Shown: positions 39,501 through 51,855, numbered from the stretch's first letter. The stretch is 64,000 nucleotides of DNA from Eledone cirrhosa (GCA_964016885.1 OZ024740.1:101618001-101682000); one strand, 5' to 3'. Notes: a model not told the origin generated them from the letters alone. Program-made: numbers and translations.

Positions 39501-40064
39501 CAAAGTGCAGGGCAATAAAGATAGACGGTAGTCACGGAATAGGCAGACCTAGAAAAACCTGGGACGAGCTGATAAACTCCGACATCACACACTTACACCT
39601 CTCCAAGACAATGTCACTGGACCGAGACCTTTGGCGGTACTCAGTAACAGAGAAGACCCGCCTTACCTAAATATATAGTAAAACCTACTCCAGCCAGTAG
39701 GCATCTCTAACAAATACACCCCGTCCCACCACCCCCACCCGATCCACACCACCCCGTTCTATGTAAAGTTATGTTGGTGCCGCGCCATCGAGGCCGAAAC
39801 AAATGAGATCGTGTAGGTGTCACGACAAAAAAACACACAGTCCACGCTGTAATGTGGCCGTGTAGGCAACACGGTAAAAACCTCCCAGACCCACACTGTA
39901 AATGTGGTTGGTGTTAGGAAGGGCATCCAACTGTAGAAAACCTGCCAGACAGTCCTATGCGAGCGAGACAATCACTCTTGCCTCAAGTGGGACTACCCCC
40001 GTCCAAACCCATGCAAGCGTGGAACACGGACGTTAAACGCTGATGATGATGATGATGATGATGA
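36507..40064 (+). mobile_element. RTE-A LINE with an uninterrupted ORF, lacking the 5' UTR and first codons
   Basis: Starts at agataaagacaaattcacc, matching 46512 in the decayed copy. Ends with the modular 3' UTR and (GAT)n. Confidence 0.97.
36509..39670 (+). CDS. RTE-clade polyprotein: AP endonuclease, RT with inserted PHD finger (open from 36509; the track starts it at TTG 36554)
   Basis: Same motif series as RTE-B with no internal stops. The frame IKTNSPLGRECEHSSLFRP is open upstream of 36554 but has no ATG. Confidence 0.9.
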   Translation: MKTNSPLGRECEHSSLFRPRTANITPSPPAPHRPQPPNAIQNFRVGTINVGTLKGRANEVVEMLERKEVDVCCIQETRWRGGSARFIEGKKRCYKLFWVGNDDGLGGVGIMVAEKWADKIIDVNRVNDRIIKIRLVLNRTTVTVISAYAPQSGLPGTIKDRFYETLMLTTSQISDSDYIIIAGDLNGHVGQHCDGYDEIHGGYGFGTRNEEGSRILEFCDANNLTICNTNFKKRDNHLITYRSGEHTSQVDYILTRRRDRVSVVNTKSLPHEECTSQHRLIISDLIVRTRRTRQQKRTILRRKIWKLKDPTARNKFQSILLDAFDSKEEHLESDNIEGEWEFLKANLLLATDEVCGWSRPVGRRRVTWWWNSKVEGSIKAKKQAWKVWRDGGSREDYQVARREARRQVYLARREAEERKFKHVLQRDDQKREVFRIARQCVKENRDIVGEKCVLNDDGTLAITDADKKVAWKCHYERLLNEENNWEKGSLPHIDPIEGPAVLVEGSIISKAIKDMKTGKAAGPSEIVAEMLKASGTVGHTMVTRIVNQVVQNGVVPKDWHSSIIVNCYKGKGDALDRSNYRGIKLIDQVMKVTERVIAQLIRERIDLDEMQFGFVSGKSTTDALFIVRQLQEKYLAKGKPLYLAFVDLEKAFDRVPRSIIWWALRKLGVDEWLVRAIQAMYKETVSKVRINNEYSEEFSVKVGVHQGSVLSPLLFIIALQAITEEFKTGCPWELLYADDLTLIAESMAELEKKFQTWKHGLESKGLKINLAKTKVLVCRKENKAAVPSGKWSCSVCRKGVGRNSILCPKCKVWVHKRCSGITGRLTKNIDFTCGRCSGAISSSKCPQTTSSFNCAEGSIEIVDSFRYLGDKISSGGGCSESTVARVRTGWKKFRELIPLLAAKGFSLKMKGRLYDACIRTAMLHGSETWALCAEDIRRLERNEACMLRWMCNSNIRERQSINELRNKLEIRGIRCCLLERRLRWYGHVMRMKVDSCITKCRAIKIDGSHGIGRPRKTWDELINSDITHLHLSKTMSLDRDLWRYSVTEKTRLT

Positions 40065-40084
40065 TATATATATGTATATATATA

Positions 40085-40129
<45 letters not shown>

Positions 40130-40131
40130 GC

Positions 40132-40182
<51 letters not shown>

Positions 40183-40185
40183 TGC

Positions 40186-40217
<32 letters not shown>

Positions 40218-40265
40218 GTATATATATATATGTATATATATATATGCATATATATATATATATGC

Positions 40266-40327
<62 letters not shown>

Positions 40328-40329
40328 GC

Positions 40330-40361
<32 letters not shown>

Positions 40362-40384
40362 GTATGTATATATATATGTATATA
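40065..40384. repeat. (TA)n/(TATGCA) compound microsatellite
   Basis: Seen directly. Confidence 0.98.
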
Positions 40385-40449
40385 TATTAATAAAAGGAAT
40401 TCAAACTTTGTCTGATTTACTCATTTTATTTACAATCCTTTAAAATTAT

Positions 40450-40631
40450 AATTGTTTCTACTCTAGGCACAAGGCCAGCAAATTATCCAGTGTATTACTG
40501 GTACTTTATTTTATCGACCCCATAAGGATGAAAAGCATAGTCAACCTCGGCGGGATTTGAACTCAGAATGGCAAGGGCCATAACTCTATGCGTCAAAGCA
40601 TGGTGTCCGACCCTCTACTGATACTGCCAAT
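40450..40631 (-). mobile_element. SINE family 1
   Basis: Reverse complement of the 21592-21780 type. Confidence 0.85.
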
Positions 40632-40709
40632 TTACAATTTACTCGCTTTAAAATTATAATGATATTATAATGAAATAGTATGGTAGAATATTAAATGTTA
40701 AATGTTAAT

Positions 40710-40748
40710 TGAACAAGTACTTTCATGCTTTCGCAATCTTCAGGTTCA
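40710..40748 (-). ncRNA. Minimal type I hammerhead ribozyme (PLE-2), fully paired copy
   Basis: tgaac CTGAAGA ttgcgaaagcat GAAA gtac TT gttca. Confidence 0.82.
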
Positions 40749-40800
40749 TATTCAGTGGTGACAGTCAAGTTTGCGATTTTCAACTGTAATGAGATGGGTA

Positions 40801-41578
40801 CTTGCAGAAATATGACAACAACATATATAGGCGAGACAGCTCGTAGCATAGATGAAAGGATAGACCAACACTGGGGGAACTAAAAGGACGAACAAACGGT
40901 TCAGTACTATACGAACACGCCAGACAACAACACGACGGTAACATAGACAACATAGAAATTAAAATAATATCTAAACATAGAAATGACCCAGCAGATAGGC
41001 AAATCAGAGAGGCCAGTGAAATAGAACTTAGAAGGCCGAAGCTAAACAGAAAAAAATAAATGGAATAACAACAACACCCAAACACACAATACTGACCTAA
41101 GAGAAATATAAATAAATAAATAAATACATACACAAGCACAGTAACAACAAACACATATAAAGACACACTAGTAAACTAAGATAGAATACAATAACCAAAA
41201 CACAGTCACCCAAACACGAACACACATCAAACACTATACACACACACAAATGCATGCGCAGAGAAGACAAAAATAAATAAATAAATAAATAAACAGATTA
41301 AATAAAGATGCGTAGACATACAATAAAACAGGAGGAAACATAATAGCACCACTGACGATGTTGTAGATGTGCAACGAAAGAACTTTGCTAGACTATATAT
41401 ATATGTTTGTGTCTATATTATATCTGTATTTTTGACCGTTGGTCAGTCAATGGTAAACATTGAGGACCGAATAAATTAACTGATATAAAAGATACAGAAG
41501 CGAAAACCAACCAAACAGTGAGTGTGTTCTGTTATTAATTCTGGCAATATTATTACAACAATATAACCCCCCCCCCAT
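40801..41578 (+). mobile_element. PLE-3 3' fragment: GIY-YIG C-terminal half (40803-41059) followed by pLTR
   Basis: TYIGETARSIDERIDQHW, then after a frameshift SVLYEHARQQHDG..IKIISKH..PADRQIREASEI..PKLNRK. 41310-41578 matches 36200-36485. Confidence 0.8.
41344..41390 (+). ncRNA. Hammerhead-like motif (PLE-3)
   Basis: tagca cca CTGACGA t gttgta-gatg-tgcaac GAAA gaac TT tgcta. Stem I tagca/tgcta requires a 3-nt bulge. Confidence 0.5.
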
Positions 41579-41661
41579 AGATATATATGTATATATGTAT
41601 ATATATATATATTTATGTATACATATATATATGTATATATATGTATATATATGTATATATA

Positions 41662-41694
<33 letters not shown>

Positions 41695-41768
41695 ATATGT
41701 ATATATATATATATATATATATGTATATGTATATATGTATATATGTATATATATGTACATATATATAT

Positions 41769-42712
41769 CCAAAATTAAATTAAGGGTTGTCATGTCTGAG
41801 AGACATGCGCCATATCCACTGTAGAATAAGCTCAAAGATTCCAATGAATAGATCCGAGCATTTCATATCAACTAGAAATAGATTGACATATATATATATA
41901 AAATAAACATATGGAACAATCACAGGGAATAATTTGTAAAGAATGTAAGCACACATAGCTAGGTAGGTAACCAATTAAAGTTTAACTAGAACTTTAAATA
42001 TAGACCTTTTAAAATGATTAATCTCCTTTGTATATATTTCTTTAAGTAAAAGATATATTTCACCAATTAATCAGTAAATCACAGCAGTCAAATCCTGGAT
42101 GGTCACCAAAGGAGAAGAAAATAACTATCTGCGTTTACAAAGCAAATGCAAATCTGTGAATGACTCGAACCACGTGTTGCATTTTTAAAAATACACACAT
42201 CGCACAGCGTCATCCCAGTGGCGTGAATAGGATTATCGACAGCTAGAAATAGCAGCCGAGTCCATTCAACTGAGTTAGCTCTACAATTAAGGGGCCGCAT
42301 ATATATCCAAAATTTAATTAAGAGTTGTCATGTCTGAGAGACATGCACCATATCCACTGTAGAATAAGCTCAAAGATTCCAATGAATAGATCCGAGCGTG
42401 TCATATCAACTAGAAATAGATTTACATATATATATATATAAAATAAACATATGGAACAATCACAGGGAATAATTTGTAAAGAATGTAAGCACACATAAGC
42501 AATTAAAGTTTAACTAGAACTTCAAATATAGATACCTTTCAAAATGATTAATCTCCTTTGTATATATTTCTTGAAGTAAAAAATATATTTCACCAATTAA
42601 TCAGTATATCACAGTAGGCAAATCCTGGATGGTCACCAAAGTTGTTATGAAATGCTCGGATCTATTCATTGGAATCTTTGAGCTTATTCTACAGTGGATA
42701 TGGTGCATGTCT
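41769..42712. repeat. ORF-less module in partial tandem (41769-42110 repeated at 42308-42640) plus an inverted 73-bp segment (42640-42712)
   Basis: Direct repeat starting ccaaaatt.aattaag.gttgtcatgtctgagagacatg. 42640-42712 is the reverse complement of about 42339-42411. Confidence 0.88.
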
Positions 42713-42716
42713 ATAA

Positions 42717-44430
42717 GCTATAAGCTTTTCTGGGTGGGAAATGACAATGGGATAGGTGGGATAGGAATCATGTTAGCAGAAAAATGTGTAGATAAGATAA
42801 TAGACGTAAATAGAGTGAACGACAGAATAATTATAATAAGACTTGTCCTAAATAGAACTACTGTGACAGTAATATCTGCGTATACACCACAATCCGGACT
42901 GCCTAGCGCTATAAAAGACAGATTCTATGAGACATTGATGCTCACTACCTCCCAAATAACCGACATTGACTACATAATTATTGCTGGCGACCTAAATGGT
43001 CACGTTGGACAACATTGTGACGGCTATGACGGAATCCATGGAGGCTATGGGTTTAGTACTAGAAATGAGGAAGGCTCCAGAATCCTGGAATTCTGTAATG
43101 CAAATAACCTAACAATCTGTAACACTAACTTCAATAAACGAGACAATCATTTTATCACCTATAGATCAGGGGAACACGCCAGTCAGATAGAGTATATCCT
43201 TACCAGAAGACGTGATAGAGTGTCTGTTGTAAACACTAAATCCTTCCCCATGAAGAATGCACCTTCCAACATAAACTCATAGACAGCGACCTCATAGTCA
43301 GGACAAGACGTACTCGAGAACAGAGGAGGACTATCCTCAGGAGAAAAATACGGAAGCTAAAGGACCCAACAACCAGTAATAAATTTAAAAGCATATTACT
43401 TGATGCTTTCGACAGTAAGGAAGAGCAATTAGAGTCTTACAATATAGAGGAACAGTGGGAATTCCTGAAAGCCGTTACCTGGGTGACAAAATCAGCAGTG
43501 GGGGAGGGTGCTCTGAAATTACAGTAGCTAGAGTCAGAACGGGATGGAAAAAGTTCAGAGAGCTTATACCACTATTGGCCGTTAAAGGGTTCTCTCTAAA
43601 AATGAAAGGCAGGCTGTATAATGCCTGCATATGAACAGCAATGTTACATGGCAGTGAGACCTGGGCATTGTGTGCAGAGGATATACGCAGACTGGAGAGG
43701 AACGAAGCTTGCATGCTCCGCTGGATGTGTAATAGTAATATACGTGAACGGCAAAGCATAAACGAACTAAGGGAGAAATTAGGAATAAGAGGGATCAGAT
43801 GTTGTTTACTCGAGAGAAGACTACGTTGGTATGGTCACGTGATGCGCATGAAAGACGACAGCTGTATAAAAAAGTGCAGGGCGATAAAAACAGACGGTAG
43901 CCACGGAGTAGGCAGACCCAGAAAAACCTGGGACGACCTGATAAACTCCGACCTCACACACTTACACCTCTCCAAGACAATGTCACTGGACCGATATCTT
44001 TGGCGCTACACAGTAATACAGAAGACCCGCCTTACCTAAGTACAAAGCGAAACCTACAGTCAGTAGGCACCTCTAACAAAAATACACCCCTGTCCCACTA
44101 CCCCCACCCCATCCACACCAACCCCTTCAATGTGAAGTTATGTTGGTACCACAACATCCAGTCCGAAACAAATGAGGTCGTGTAGGTGTCACGACAAACA
44201 AACACACAGTCCACGCTGTAATGTGGCCATGTAGGTAACGCGGTAAAAACCCCCCAGTCCACACTGTAAACGTGGTTGGTGTTAGGAAGGGCATCCAGCC
44301 GTAGAAAACCTGCCAGACAGTCCTATACGAGCAGGACAACCAATCTTGCCTCAAGTGGGAAAACTCCCGTCCAAGCCCATGCAAGCGTGGAAGATGGACA
44401 TTAAACGATGATGATGATGATGATGATGAT
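42717..44430 (+). mobile_element. RTE-A LINE with a large internal deletion (junction near 43472)
   Basis: The endonuclease region ...EQWEFLKA is joined directly to RYLGDKISSGGG. 3' UTR and (GAT)n present. Confidence 0.93.
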
Positions 44431-46086
44431 ATATATAATGTGTGTGTGTGTGTGTGTGTGTTATAAATTATCAGAGTACTGGGCGAAATGTGGGAATCCC
44501 TGCAACCATAACAAAATATATAATAGCTAAGATAATTGGGTAAAATACTCCTGAAGGTGTTAAAAAGTGGCCAGTATAGAAAATTGAACTCCATATTTCT
44601 TGATTCCAGTTGACTGATTTTATCATTAATCCTCTCAGACCTGGGCTCCTGAGCATACACAGCTCAAAAAGTAATGACTGCAGGCAAACTAATGAATAGA
44701 GTCAACACAAGGTGCAGTAATTGTATCTACCCACTCTTCAACTATATTTCTATAATCTCCACTATTATCAGAATCAGCTGTGCGAGGGACACACCAAATT
44801 GTTCGCCCAAATTGCCACTTTCCTCACCACTTTTGCAAGTTTCATTGTCTGAATCACCTATGCTCTCTGTGTAAAGATAATCTTGTTGAACTTCTTGCTC
44901 ACTCCCAATTATAAAATAAATGTCATTAATAATTTCCTTAACTGTAAAGAGTTTAGACTGTGCTCGTTTTCCAAACAAAGTGCTAAGTTCATCACACGCA
45001 TTTTTCATTGCAAAAAAAGAATCTTTTTTTTTTCAATTAAGAACAAACGTATACAACAGCCTTAGGAGACACCACTAATAATACGTCATAAACACATATA
45101 AATACAAACCTGCAATGTGATCAGTTGTCTATTTTTAGTATTTTATTTTATTTTATTTTTCTAAATGTGTTGTTCAATATTGCTTTAACAGGAATCCAGT
45201 AGAGATTACATTTAGGCTATTATCACTCTAACAGAAATACAGCATGACAAACCACTGATCCTAATGACTGCCAAATATGGGAAACAGCCATGGAAACTAA
45301 AGTAGTGCTAACACCCATCAATCTAGTGATGGGTTACCACAGTTTTAGAATCAATTTTATATTTATACCTAAAAGAAAATTGGAAAAGCTTTCTTAAAGA
45401 CTTTCATTTTATGGAATGATGCTTTAGATAAACGACAGGAATTTTAAAATATCATAAACAATATAAAAACCAATATTTAATTTCTGATGAAATTTAGCAT
45501 ATTTTTTATTAAAACTTAGGTTGACAGATTGAAATGGATTTCTGTTATAAACCTGTAGACTCTAAACAATATTTACTGTTCATATACCGCCATCCTAAAT
45601 ATATATTTATATATTTATATATATATATAAAATATATATTTATATATTTATATATATTTATATATTTATATATATTTATATATTTATATATAATTTATAT
45701 ATAAATATATATTTATATATTTATAAAATAACCTTCCTGCTCCCTACTATTCTCACCCCCCCCCCCCCCATACATTGTGTACACGCCTACTGGCTCTCTC
45801 TCAATCCCATCCCCTCTCTCTTCAAACATAAAATAAACTGTTGCGTGGTACGAAACTCAGAATTTGTCGACCCATATTCTTGGCTACATCGCTCGCTCGC
45901 TCTTCTGTGAAATGTAATGTACGAATCCTATTTTCTCGTCTCTCCATGTTCCCTTGTCCATTCATCTATCTGTATCATATCGCCCAGAATACGACCTTTT
46001 CTTTTTCAATGCTATTCGATAATTCTGTCTGATCGTTCAAAATAATCTTCTTGTATTTTAAAATCCCATAATTCTTCCCTTATTAC

Positions 46087-46345
46087 AGTTATATGCTCGT
46101 TCAATTATGGCCAAAATTTCGTGGATTTTATTTTATAATCTTCTCGCTAATTACCCTAGTTATATGCTCGTCCAATTATGGCCAAAAATTCGTGGATTTT
46201 ATTCTATAAACTTCTCTCGGTTTTTATTTTTATAAAAACTCCTCGCTCGTTTAAATATGGTCGAAATTCTAGGATTTTATAAAATAACCTTCCTACTCCC
46301 TACGAAATTCTAGGATTTTATGTTATAACCTTCTCGCTAACTACC
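46087..46345. repeat. Degenerate minisatellite of about 71 bp within an unclassified element (about 45725-46345)
   Basis: agttatatgctcgt.caattatggccaaaa.ttcgtggattttatt at 46087 and 46158, with further decayed units. aaaataaccttcct.ctccctac occurs at 45725 and 46281. Confidence 0.7.
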
Positions 46346-48842
46346 TCAGATCCCCCTCCCCCACTCACCACCATTATTATTTGGACCAATCATAAGTCAG
46401 CGGCCTATGTTATCACTTCTTAAGTTTAGACCTGGTTGCCTTTCGATATGATGGATGGACTACGTAGTTCTGGAGAGTCTGAAAAAATATGGACACTCAG
46501 TGACAATGCCAAAGATAAAGACAAATTCACCTCATGCTGCCGGACGAGAATGCAAGGACTCCTCTTTATTTAGGCCGCAGACAGCTAACATAGCCCCATC
46601 CCCATCACTCCTCCCTGCGTCCTGTCCTTCCCACCCACCAAACGCAATCCAAAACTTCAGAGTTGGTACCATGAATGTAGGTACCTTAAAACGCCGCTCT
46701 AACAAGGTTGTAAAGGGGCTTGAACGTAAGGAGGTTGATGTTTGCTGTATTCAAGAGACCAGGTAGAGGGGTGGGTCTGCTAGATTCATTGTGGGTAAAA
46801 AACGATGCTATAAGCTTTTCTGGGTGGGAAATGACAATGGGCTGGGTGGAGTAGGAATCATGCTAGCAGAAAAATGGGTAGATAAGATAATAGACGTAAA
46901 TAGAGTGAACGACAGAATAATTAAAATAAGACTTGTCCTCAATAGAACTACTGTGACAATAATATCTGCGTATGCACCCCAACCCGGACTGCCTGGCATT
47001 ATAAAAGACAGATTCTATGAGTCGTTAATGCTCATTACCTCCCAAATAACCGACAGTGACTATATAATAGGGGAAACTATAGAGGCATTAAATTAATTGA
47101 CCAGGTCATGAAGGTCACAGAAAAAGTAATAGCGCAACTAATCAGAGAGCGAATTGATCGAGATGAAATGCAGTTCGGGTTTGTGTAAGGTAACTACAGA
47201 AGTACCTAGCTAAAAGTAAACCCCTCTACTTAGCTTTTGTAGACCTGGAGAAATCCTTTGACAGAGTCCCCCGCTCCATTATCTGGTGGGCTCTTAGAAA
47301 ACTAGGTGTAGATGAATGGCTTGTGAGAGCTATACAAGCCATGTATAAAGAAACAGTCAGCAAGGTTAGAATTAACAACGAATATAGTGAAGAGTTTAGC
47401 ATAAAAGTTGGTGTTCATCAGGGCTCCGTCCTTAGCCTCCTCCTATTTATTATCGCCCTCCAAGCTATAACGGAGGAGTTCAAGACCGGCTGCCCATAGG
47501 AACTTCTATACGCAGATGATCTAACGCTCATAGCCGAATCAATGGCTGAGCTAGAGAAGAAATTCCAAACATGGGAGCATGGCCGAGAATCAAAAGGCCT
47601 TAAAGTTAACTTGTCTAAGACTAAAGTCCTAATATGTAGGCACTGGCCCCATCTGGGAAATGGCCATGCTCAGTGTGTAGGAAAGGAGTAGGCAGAAACT
47701 CCATTTTATGTCCCAAATACAAAGTATGGGTGCATAAAAGATGTAGTAGGATCACAGGTAAGCTAACTAAGAATATAGATTTTATATGTGGCCGGTGCTC
47801 AGGTGCAATATAAAGCAGCAAATGCCCACAGAATACTAGCTCATTCCATTGCCCAGATGGTTCTATAGAAATAGTGGACACCTTCCGTTACCTGGGTGAC
47901 AAAATCAGCAGTGGTGGAGGGTGCTCCGAAAGTACTGTAGCTAGAGTCCGAATGGGATGGGAAAAAGTTCAGAGAGCTTATACCACTATTGGCCGCTAAA
48001 GGTTTCTCTCTAAAAATAAAAGGCAGGCTGTATGATGCCTGCATATGAAAAGCGATGTTACATGGCAGTGAGACATGGGCCTTGTGTCAGAGATCTACGC
48101 AGACTGGAGAAGAACGAAGCCTGCATGCTCCGTTGGATGTGTAATAGTAATATACGCGAACGGCAAAGCCTAAATGAACTAAGTGAGAAATTAGGAATAA
48201 GAGGGATCAGATGCTGTTTACTCGAGAGAAGACTACGTTGGTATGGTCACGTGATGCACATGAAAGATGACAGCTGTATAAAAAAAAGTGCAGGGCGATC
48301 AAAATAGACGGTAGCTACGGAGTAGGCAGACCCAGAAAAACCTGGGACGACTTGATAAAATCCGACCTCACACACACCTCGCCAAGACAATGTGACTGGA
48401 CCAAGATCTTTGGCGCTACGTAATAATACTGAAGACACGCCTTGCCTAAGTACAAAGCGAAATCTACTACAGTCAGTAGGCACCTTAACCAAAATACACC
48501 CCCGTCCCACTAACCCTACCCCCACCGCCATCTACACCACCCCTTTCGATGTAAAGCTATGTTGGTACCACAACATCCAGTCCTAAATCAATGAGATCTT
48601 GTAGGTGTCGCGACAAAAAGACACACAGTCTACGTTGTAATGTGGCCGTGTAGGTAACACTGTAAAAATATTCCAGTCCACACTGTAAACGTGGTTGTTG
48701 TTAGGAAGGGCATCCAGCCGTAGAAAACCCACCAGATAGTCCTGAGCTAGACAACCAATCTTGCCTGAAGTGGGACAATTCCCGTCCAGACCCATGCTAG
48801 CGTGGAAAATGGACGTTAAACGATGATGATGATGATGATATG
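46346..48842 (+). mobile_element. RTE-A LINE retaining its 5' region, internally deleted and decayed
   Basis: MPKIKTNSP..NAIQNFRVGT, endonuclease to SDYII, a jump to NYRGIKL (about 47070), then RT, PHD, 3' UTR and (GAT)n. Confidence 0.92.
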
Positions 48843-49639
48843 AATAATAAACCTTAACCTTCAAAAGAATTCCCTCAAAATGCAATAAAAAGACCAAATG
48901 TAAACCAAAGAAAACACACTTTTATTTATATTAGCAATCAATGCAAGGAATATTAAAATGTATAATCATATTCATAGGGATCAATCTATTTTGTATAATG
49001 ATAAAAAAAAATGAAAACTTTTTAGAGAATCAACAAATTATAAAAAGCAAATGACAACTGAAAACTTTGAAAATGTGACTCACAAGTGTAAAAATTCACA
49101 AACAAATTCCGAATCCACAGTTAACATAATGTGGAACACCTAATTGGCAAAGTTGTGAATATATGCTGGAAGGCTTGGAATTCAGATTTAAAGATGGAGA
49201 AATTTTAAAACAATTTCAAATGTCCATCTGGTAATCTTTTTTATGTTTTTAACATACTGCAGATGCGGGGGAAATTATGTCAGAATAACTGAAAATAACT
49301 GACAGAAATAGATAAATCTCCACTGAGAACAAAACCAAGATTTAAATACAAGAATTATTTCACTTAGTCAACATACTATGATGTGCCTGAAGAAATTTTC
49401 CCAACTTCAGAATTTTTCCAATTTATCAATTTGCAGATGATATTGCTAACTAACAAAGAATAAACAAGTTGCTATCTAACAAATATGAACCACAATTAAA
49501 TGTTTAGGTATAATAAATATTTTGCCAATAATTCATGTACTTAGTCTGCTAGTAGAATACTTATAGTTTCAAAATTTACAACCAAAATCAGTGTGTTCCA
49601 CCATAACATTCTATAACAATGTGAAAAATATATTGGTAT

Positions 49640-49975
49640 GATCCATGATCAATTTACACAAAGGTTCTACTTGCACCATTTCTCATTCAGGCATCCTGAT
49701 ATGAAAACTAGCACAGCATTGGCAAAAGGTGTCTGGCAGCTAAAAGAAAAAGGAGTTTTGCAAAATATAACGTGGATAGTACACAAAAAGAACCATGCCA
49801 TACATAAATGGAAGGAAGAGATGTCCATTCTGCCTCACTGAAAACTTTAGGATCTTACAATGGTTATACTCACCGAGCAAATATCTAAACTCCAAGACTG
49901 AAGTTTTTAGATATTATTTGTATCATAAGCGCCATCACCTATCCAACTGGAAACTCACACCTCAAGATGCCCCTC
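49640..49975 (+). pseudogene. Old PLE GIY-YIG C-terminal remnant (PLE-1 type)
   Basis: FTQRFYLHHFSFRH...STALAKGVWQLKEK..ITW, then PYINGRKRCPFCLTE..YLNSKTE, in two frames. Confidence 0.7.
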
Positions 49976-51815
49976 ACCAGACCTGCTAAATCCTTCATGA
50001 ATCTATTCCTCTCTGTCTCCTATCCACACACAATAATTAAATGCATCACATCCACATACACTTGCACACAAAATAATAGTTTGTTGCAAAAGTTTTTAGC
50101 CTTACAAAAGCACATTCACGCTAGCTGACATACAATTAAAAGTTAAATTTTTGGGGGATGTTCAGATTTTAATTATTGGGAAAAGTTTAAAAGAGACTTA
50201 AATGCTTCTAAAATAACTTGCATGTTAGATTACACAAAAGCATTTAAGAATATATCCCAGCAGAAGTTACCGCCCTTGGCACCTTAAAGGGTTTAAGTTT
50301 TTTAGATAATTAGCTTACAACTCAAGTCCCATGCATATTACATTTACACACAGTTTAGCTTATAAATTAAGTCACACACATATTACCCACACACTTGTTT
50401 CTACCCCTAAAAGTTTAGAACTTTGGAATTGCCTTCCTTGTTATCAAAAAAAAGGGCTCCCACTGTATTAAAACCAAGTTTATTGGGCTAACTGTTTATC
50501 CCTAATTTTATCTTGGCTCCCCGATAAGAGGCCAGTTTTGAAACAGTTCCTCCACAATACAGTGGTGGCCATAACTGGACCCTTGAACCTAAGGTCGAGC
50601 ATATATTTTAAGAGTATGAAATTTTAAAATCTCTCTTGCAATAGATAAAGCATTGTTTTCCTTGGCCTTTTATCCTCAAATATCCCATGCATGTGCACAC
50701 ACACACACACTGTAAATATAGATAGTAACCAGAGACTACAATGCTGGTGATCAAATGGAGACATTAAGATTTAAGAAAACCTTTCAGTCTGGATGAATAT
50801 GTAACAATCTGTCTAGTGTTGGAGTTACAATAAAATGAACCCAGTACATCCTCTGAAGTGGTAGTGGTGGTGCTATGATAAAACACACGTAATACACCCT
50901 ACAAGATGGTTACTGTTATTGAAGGCATCCTGCATTAGAAACTATGCCAAAAATGGAATGTATGAGCAATCTCTGATAACCCATCCAACCAATGCCAGTA
51001 TGGAAAGTAGACATAAAACAATGATGATTTACATATATATTTTCACCTTACCAGTCTTTGATCCAGTGCAAGATGAAACCTCGGACACTATTCTAGCTTT
51101 TTAGACTTTGCTGGTAAAATGTGGGTTAAACTCAGAATGTGAATAGCCAGAAAAAATAGCACAAAGCATCTTGTTACATGTTATAGCAACTTCACCAATC
51201 TACAGCCTTTAGATTGATATTTTATTTATTGGCCTCCAAAGGAAGAAAGGCAAAGCTGGTCATTGCAGGATGTGAACTCAGAATGCAGAGAGCTGGAACA
51301 AATACTGCAAATTATTAATTCTGATGTCCTAGAAACTCTGCCAATTCATTATACGACAATTAGTAAGGCCTTTAATTAGGCAATATACTTGTTTTATCTA
51401 AATATTGATGGTAATCATCATTATGGTGATAGTTGTATATAGCACATACAAAGATGAACTTTATAAAGTAAGAAGAGCAACAACAACAAAATAAACAAGT
51501 GGGAACCGGATTACAATGATACATATATAGAGAAAAGTCAATATTGCAAGAGGGCTGTGGGGGAGGTGGAGAAAGGAACTTTCTGAGCAGAAACTAGAAG
51601 AAAGAAAGAAAAATTAAATGGTTATGAAGAGAAGAAATGACTACAAAGAAAGGGTGAGATATTGTAAGGAAGAAAATGAGAAAGATTCAAGAAAAAAATA
51701 TATACATACATACATACATATATATATATATACATACATACACGTGTGTGTGTATATATATATTTATACATGTGTGTGTGTATATATATATATTTATATA
51801 CAAATATACACATAC

Positions 51816-51846
<31 letters not shown>

Positions 51847-51855
51847 TATATATAC

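Larger units (their letters stand above)
40385..40800 (-). mobile_element. PLE-2 pLTR (inverted orientation) interrupted by a SINE
   Basis: Reverse complement of about 31269-31478. tttaaaattataat occurs on both sides of the SINE. Confidence 0.88.

Noticed and set aside
49130-49235. Coding-looking stretch GTPNWQSCEYMLEGLEFRFKDGE before a GT
   Set aside because: The nearest acceptor gives stops in all frames and I recognise no homology.
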